Made by a program: the position numbers and the translations under genes. A stretch of DNA of 64,000 nt from Eledone cirrhosa (lineage: Eukaryota): positions 201,562,001-201,626,000 of the forward strand of contig OZ024742.1 of assembly GCA_964016885.1 (NCBI GenBank), in the 5' to 3' direction. The notes under the pieces are model-generated. The model searched no databases, was not told the DNA's origin, and saw nothing but the letters and a program-made list of their open reading frames with translations. Below, piece by piece: positions 56,760-64,000 of the stretch. The stretch's first letter is position 1. Each line of letters opens with the position of its first letter.

Positions 56760-57230
56760 AACAAAGAAAGGACAATGAAACAAACGGAAACAAAAGAAAA
56801 TGAAAAACTATTTTAGGAGAAACCTTTAAAAAATATTAAAAAAATAAATATACATACAAAGGCACCGAAATCCATGGTCATAAGCAGTTTCGAGCTTTAC
56901 GAAAGGTACTGGTCGTCCATCCGGGCTTACAGCGTCTGACAAGCCAAACGTTGTCCAACGGAGTAAGAGACGCCGGCAAACATTAATTCATTACCGTTGA
57001 GCTTCAAAGAATTTTGTGTGACTTTAGGGAAAGTGTCTCGTGCCTCTTAGAGACGTGAAACATGAGTGATAGAAAGAAAAAATAAATAAAGGCAAGAAGA
57101 AGAAAGTAAGCTATCGTGTTAAAAAATGTAAGCCATTACAATAAATAGGGGAGAAGAGATAGACACGTACTTCTCATTAATAATAAGCTATATCCATATA
57201 TGTGTGTGTGTTTGTGTATATATATGTGTG

Positions 57231-57270
<40 letters not shown>

Positions 57271-57271
57271 A

Positions 57272-57303
<32 letters not shown>

Positions 57304-57322
57304 GCTCTCTCTCTCCCTCCCC

Positions 57323-57380
<58 letters not shown>

Positions 57381-57422
57381 GCACGTATATTATATATATA
57401 AATATATGTATATATTTATATA

Positions 57423-58140
57423 TTAGTCTTCACTTGACCAATAACGGGTAGCGAGCTTTTACAGAATCATATACACGCTGCAGTTGCTGAGCATGAATGT
57501 AGCCGTTCACGGCATAATCATCTGAGATTAGCTCAAAGTGCAGCACCCACACGAAATCTCACTGATCACACAATATGACATTCTATTCAAACCACATTTG
57601 TTTTAAAACAGGTTTTGAAGTCTAACTAGCATGAAGCCACTGATTTCTCATATTCGGATTACGAAAATAGATCCATTTTCTATCCCCAGTTACAATTTGA
57701 ATTGAAAAACGGGTATCTCAAAGATTTCCCAGCAGTTGTTTGCAAATGTTCATATATTGTTGCGCCTGGGCATTGCTCAGTTAATGAGGAACATCTCAAC
57801 GGCGTCCGTTCATAAGCCCGAGCTCATGGATGTGTCGATTGATGGTTCTTGGTAAAGGAACAAGTTCTATGGACGATGTACGAGTGCTTGTGCTTGGTTT
57901 AATAAACATTTCAAGCAAGGCCTCATCTTCTACAACAAAAGTATTCCCCGACCTTGCTTTATCTTAGAGACTGGTGACAAATTTTTTGAAACGTCTGAAC
58001 CAGTTTTGTATCGCACGTTCGTTGACAGTTCCTGGGCCTTCCAAATCATTAATTTCTTTTTTCAAGCTAATCCACTGAGTCACTTTTTACATAGGTAGTA
58101 TAAAATGGCTCTAATTGAAATCTTTTCACCACTCGTTATA
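57423..58140 (-). pseudogene. Decayed mariner transposase
   Basis: GTVNERAIQNWFRRFK...SL*DKARSG, STR...TINRHIHELG, DVPH*L (WVPHEL motif), GVLHFELI...VN...QQLQRV. Confidence 0.8.
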
Positions 58141-58430
58141 AAGCTGTAAAATAAAAAAATAAAAAAAGACAAATAATGTTTATATGCTATATATGAAATA
58201 TAAAGAATAACACATTCAGCAACGATTGGCCAATAAATTGTATCATATTAATTATATAACATGGAGATACAAGTTGCCAAATATATCAGTGAAAATCCGA
58301 AAAGTTTTGTTGACTCTGTTTGCGCACACCCATCAAACACACACACACACACAGACGCACGCACATACATACATACATACATACATACATACATACATAC
58401 ATACATACATACATACATACATACATACAT

Positions 58431-59036
58431 GGTGGCTGCCAACTCGTTTTCGAGTACGGCCACTACTTTATATCCATGTAGGAGAACCCCCACCGATGCG
58501 CTGAACGAGGGTGACTTCTTAGTCCAGCCAGAGACTTGAAAACTCTGGTACAAACACTACACTTGTGACAATTATTGACACATAGTGCTGGGCCCATGGT
58601 ACCATGTGACCACAAGTGCAGAGAGATCTCCAGATATAAAGCAATGCTTGTGCCGTGAAGCTTTTATAGTGAGCAAAGGCACTGTACAAAGCCAGTCCTA
58701 CTCTCTTAACCAATATGATATTTACCAAGAAGAAGAACAAGTCAATATCATTGGATACCATCAGAGTTGCAGGTGTTATATCACAGTTTTCCTTCTCCTA
58801 GAATTCTGCCTTGACAAAGGCTAATGGGTCATCTCTCCCGGTGATTTTGGATGGCCATTGACTCTTAAGAGCTCCTTTGCCCTTTGACGGGTTTTGTTTT
58901 TATTCCTGCAGGATGTCCAAAGTCACCCTCCTCACCAAGAAACCTTGGTGGGGTTGCCAGTTTAGTCGCCAACGACCCGACCATGAGTGAGGTTGTACTG
59001 GGATACATATTACCAGTAGCACCAACTGGTGACCTG
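58431..59036 (-). mobile_element. RTE-like non-autonomous retroelement (~605 bp) within (CATA)n
   Basis: RTE-type 5' UTR motifs from memory (CTAAACTGGCAACCCC, CTAGGAGAAGGAAAAC), 3' hairpin ACTCG aaaa CGAGT and (ATGT)n tail. Confidence 0.65.
58957..59034 (-). ncRNA. Candidate HDV-like ribozyme (slightly decayed)
   Basis: P1 GGTCA/TGGTC, J1/2 hairpin ACCAGT/ACTGGT, P2 CCAGT/ACTGG, L3 ACCTCAC, GG, P4 TCG/CGA, J4/2 CTAA; P3 mismatched. Confidence 0.6.
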
Positions 59037-59296
59037 ACATACATACATACATACATACATACATACATACATACATACATACATACATACATACATACAT
59101 ACATACATACATAAGTCTAAATATGTCTTAAGCCAAGAGGCTCATTTGGCCGGCGCTTATCCCGGTTTCATAGCGTGAGGTGACTACAATTTTTAAGTCC
59201 AGTCCGCTGCTACGTACCGCGTGATTCGGACAGAGCATACGAAGTCATCGACTATTTATTGCTTCAGTAAAGCGCTCAACTTAGCGGCATTTAGAG

Positions 59297-60679
59297 TAAG
59301 GGGTTAACAGAACAGGGATGTACGGTTCACACCATGGTCTGTCGGTTGTGAAGCAGATAAAAAAAAGCGCTCACTTATCATCTTCTTTGTCTCCAATACA
59401 TCTTTTTATTTCGTATATGTTCTTCTCTCTCTTCTACTGTACGACTTTGCACCAATCCTAATTAACTTAATCTTTACTTTAATTCTGATTCATCCTCTTG
59501 CTATTTCCTTAAGTCGGCCTACACCTTATTTACTGTATTTTAAATTTATCTTTAATCCTTTTTCCCATATCTGATTTTGATAATCACTTAGAGTTACCTT
59601 AAGTTGGCCTAATTGGTAAAAGAACAATCTAATAACTCCGTACCGGTCAGACATGTTGGTCCGGAGACCTTCATCGGTTTCGCGGATAGCTGACACAAGC
59701 AGCGGGGAACAATGTTATGGGCCAATCCCCTCCTGGACATTCCCTATACATAATGTAAGATTTCACTCTGACGTTCTGTTCACCGAGTGCTTGAATCTCC
59801 CGCGAGCCAGAGAATAGGACATTTGCATGTAATCCGTGAGTTTGATTAAACTGAGAACTAGCGAGGAGTACGGCTATCATGCTCCCGACAATTTAGAACC
59901 AGTTATACTATAACTATACAACATATATGCTATACACTCTGGTTTGTTGTTTAGGCATACAGGCAGCTATTTCTTCACTATAAACATTGTTTTCATTATA
60001 ATTATAATCATCTCTTTCGCAGATACTATCCCCTTTAATATAACCTTTCCTCTTATTCTTAATCAATTAATTAATTAGTTTATTTATTGTATATTAATCT
60101 ATTTCGTATATAGTTAATTTTGTTATCGGTTATAATATTCAAAGTTGATGCTGACCTGTGGAGAATGTGGAAGTGTGTCACCACTATTATAGCAGCCGCT
60201 AAGACTACTACTACAAGAGATAATCATAGAGAGAGGAGGGAGAAGGACTGCCAATCGTTTTCGTTAATTCCTAACATGACGAGCAGTTCCACCAAAACTC
60301 TTGGGGTCATAGAGAGGCCAGCCGTCGAAGAAACAACACCACGCGTTCGACCAGTTCCCTGTATCATGAAAATAATATTTTTTTTCGGGGAAATTATTAG
60401 ATGTTTCCAAATTTTAAAGGTTTCTTGGAACTTTCAATGTTTATTTTAAGTTTTGCCATCTGAAGAGCTCAGGCTATCACCATTGACAGTCCTCAATGAA
60501 ATATGTATAACGGAGTTTTAAATAAACCTGAATTAACTGAATATGGCCTCCGATCTTTTATTAATATATAATGCTCCGTCTTGTACCATTTATATAGGTC
60601 GTTGAGCGGTCCTTTTTATCTGCTTCACAACCGACAGACCATGGTGGGATCCATATATCCCTGTTTTGTTAGCCCCTTA
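59297..60679 (+). mobile_element. Old PLE remnant with inverted tails (59297-59372 / 60603-60679) and decayed HHR at 60456-60513
   Basis: ccat-CTGAAGA-(degenerate 14 bp stem II)-GAAA-tatgta-TA-acgg, then AATAAA; inverted tails read directly. Confidence 0.65.
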
Positions 60680-60694
60680 ATCTCCCTCTCTGTC

Positions 60695-60748
<54 letters not shown>

Positions 60749-61642
60749 AAAATATATATACCTGTTGAATGGAGTTGATCAATGTTGGTTTCGGCAATAA
60801 GTTTTCCAGTTCTTCGTGAAATAAATCGGTCAGTCTTTTAATATCCCACAGAAACGTGTACTCTGAACGTAAATCTTTCAAAGATATTAAACCTTACTCT
60901 ATATGAATGACAATATTTTTCCTTTGGGTTGCCAGTACAGATCATCCTATGGGCATCCAATTAATTTCCGCCAAACCAATTTCACTTAATATAAAATGGG
61001 TCGAAACGCGCCTCTCGGAAATGATATTTGATATTAAAGCCACCCAATAGGATTGAATCTAGATCCTAATGATTGAGGAGTGAATTTTTAAACCATTTGG
61101 CCATGTGTCCACACCTGGAGACAACTTAAATAACCAAATTCCGTTTTACTAAAAAACCTAAACGAAATCTGTCCCATAATTCTATTCTTTGCGTTACAGA
61201 CAAAACAGGAAGAAATGCTTCTAGCTAATTACCAAAAAACTACCAAAAAATATGAAAATACAAAATAAAACTGTAGAAGCGTCTCTAAGCATCAACCAAT
61301 TATTATAAAATGAAAAATAAAATAGCATTCCATTAGTGTAACACATTTCTTGTTTATGCCCTTCCAATCAACCCATAAATGTATTTGCAGACACATTATT
61401 AATGTTTTACAGTTTACGAACTCATACTTTCTCTAGTTTAACGCCACCACACCAGAGAGAATAATGTACGGTGTTAAACAAACAACAGAGTCCAGCTTTA
61501 TGCATCACTGAGGGAGACATGCTACCAGAGAATTGGCAACATTCAATTATAAATTTGTTAAAATATATGGAATTCTTTTTTAGTTTATACGTTCACGAAA
61601 ATATAAACGCAGATACATACATACATAAACAACAGTCTCTAT

Positions 61643-64000
<2,358 letters not shown>

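Noticed and set aside
60760-60900. Possible second mariner fragment (FLWDIK.. resembling VWWD)
   Set aside because: Too short and degenerate to support by eye.

Overview
AT-rich, microsatellite-saturated animal DNA; the SINE and microsatellite content suggests an octopus-like mollusc (inference). I found no host protein-coding gene, and almost all short ORFs in the track are microsatellite translations. The window is a nest of retroelements. (1) Penelope-like elements (PLEs; RT plus GIY-YIG endonuclease) of at least three clades: Naiad-like at 3.3-9.3, 31.6-36.2, 47.4-50.7 and 61.8-64 kb, Neptune-like at 37.6-41.0 kb, and Nematis-like at 41.1-44.8 kb, plus many remnants. Nearly all are joined to (TA)n and often arranged tail-to-tail. 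(2) About 29 type I hammerhead ribozyme (HHR) motifs found by eye, intact or decayed, from well over ten sequence families. They include non-canonical cores, very long stem II variants, and non-coding palindromic units with one HHR per arm. (3) A head-to-tail stack of four Tx1/L1-clade LINE copies in a (TCTA)n array. (4) A ~600 bp RTE-like non-autonomous element with a candidate HDV-like ribozyme at its 5' end. (5) tRNA-derived SINEs, a non-autonomous Helitron and a decayed mariner. The Neptune-like element has a basic upstream ORF joined to the RT frame by a T_TTT_TTA -1 slippery site. All structures were folded by eye; no alignment or folding program was run.
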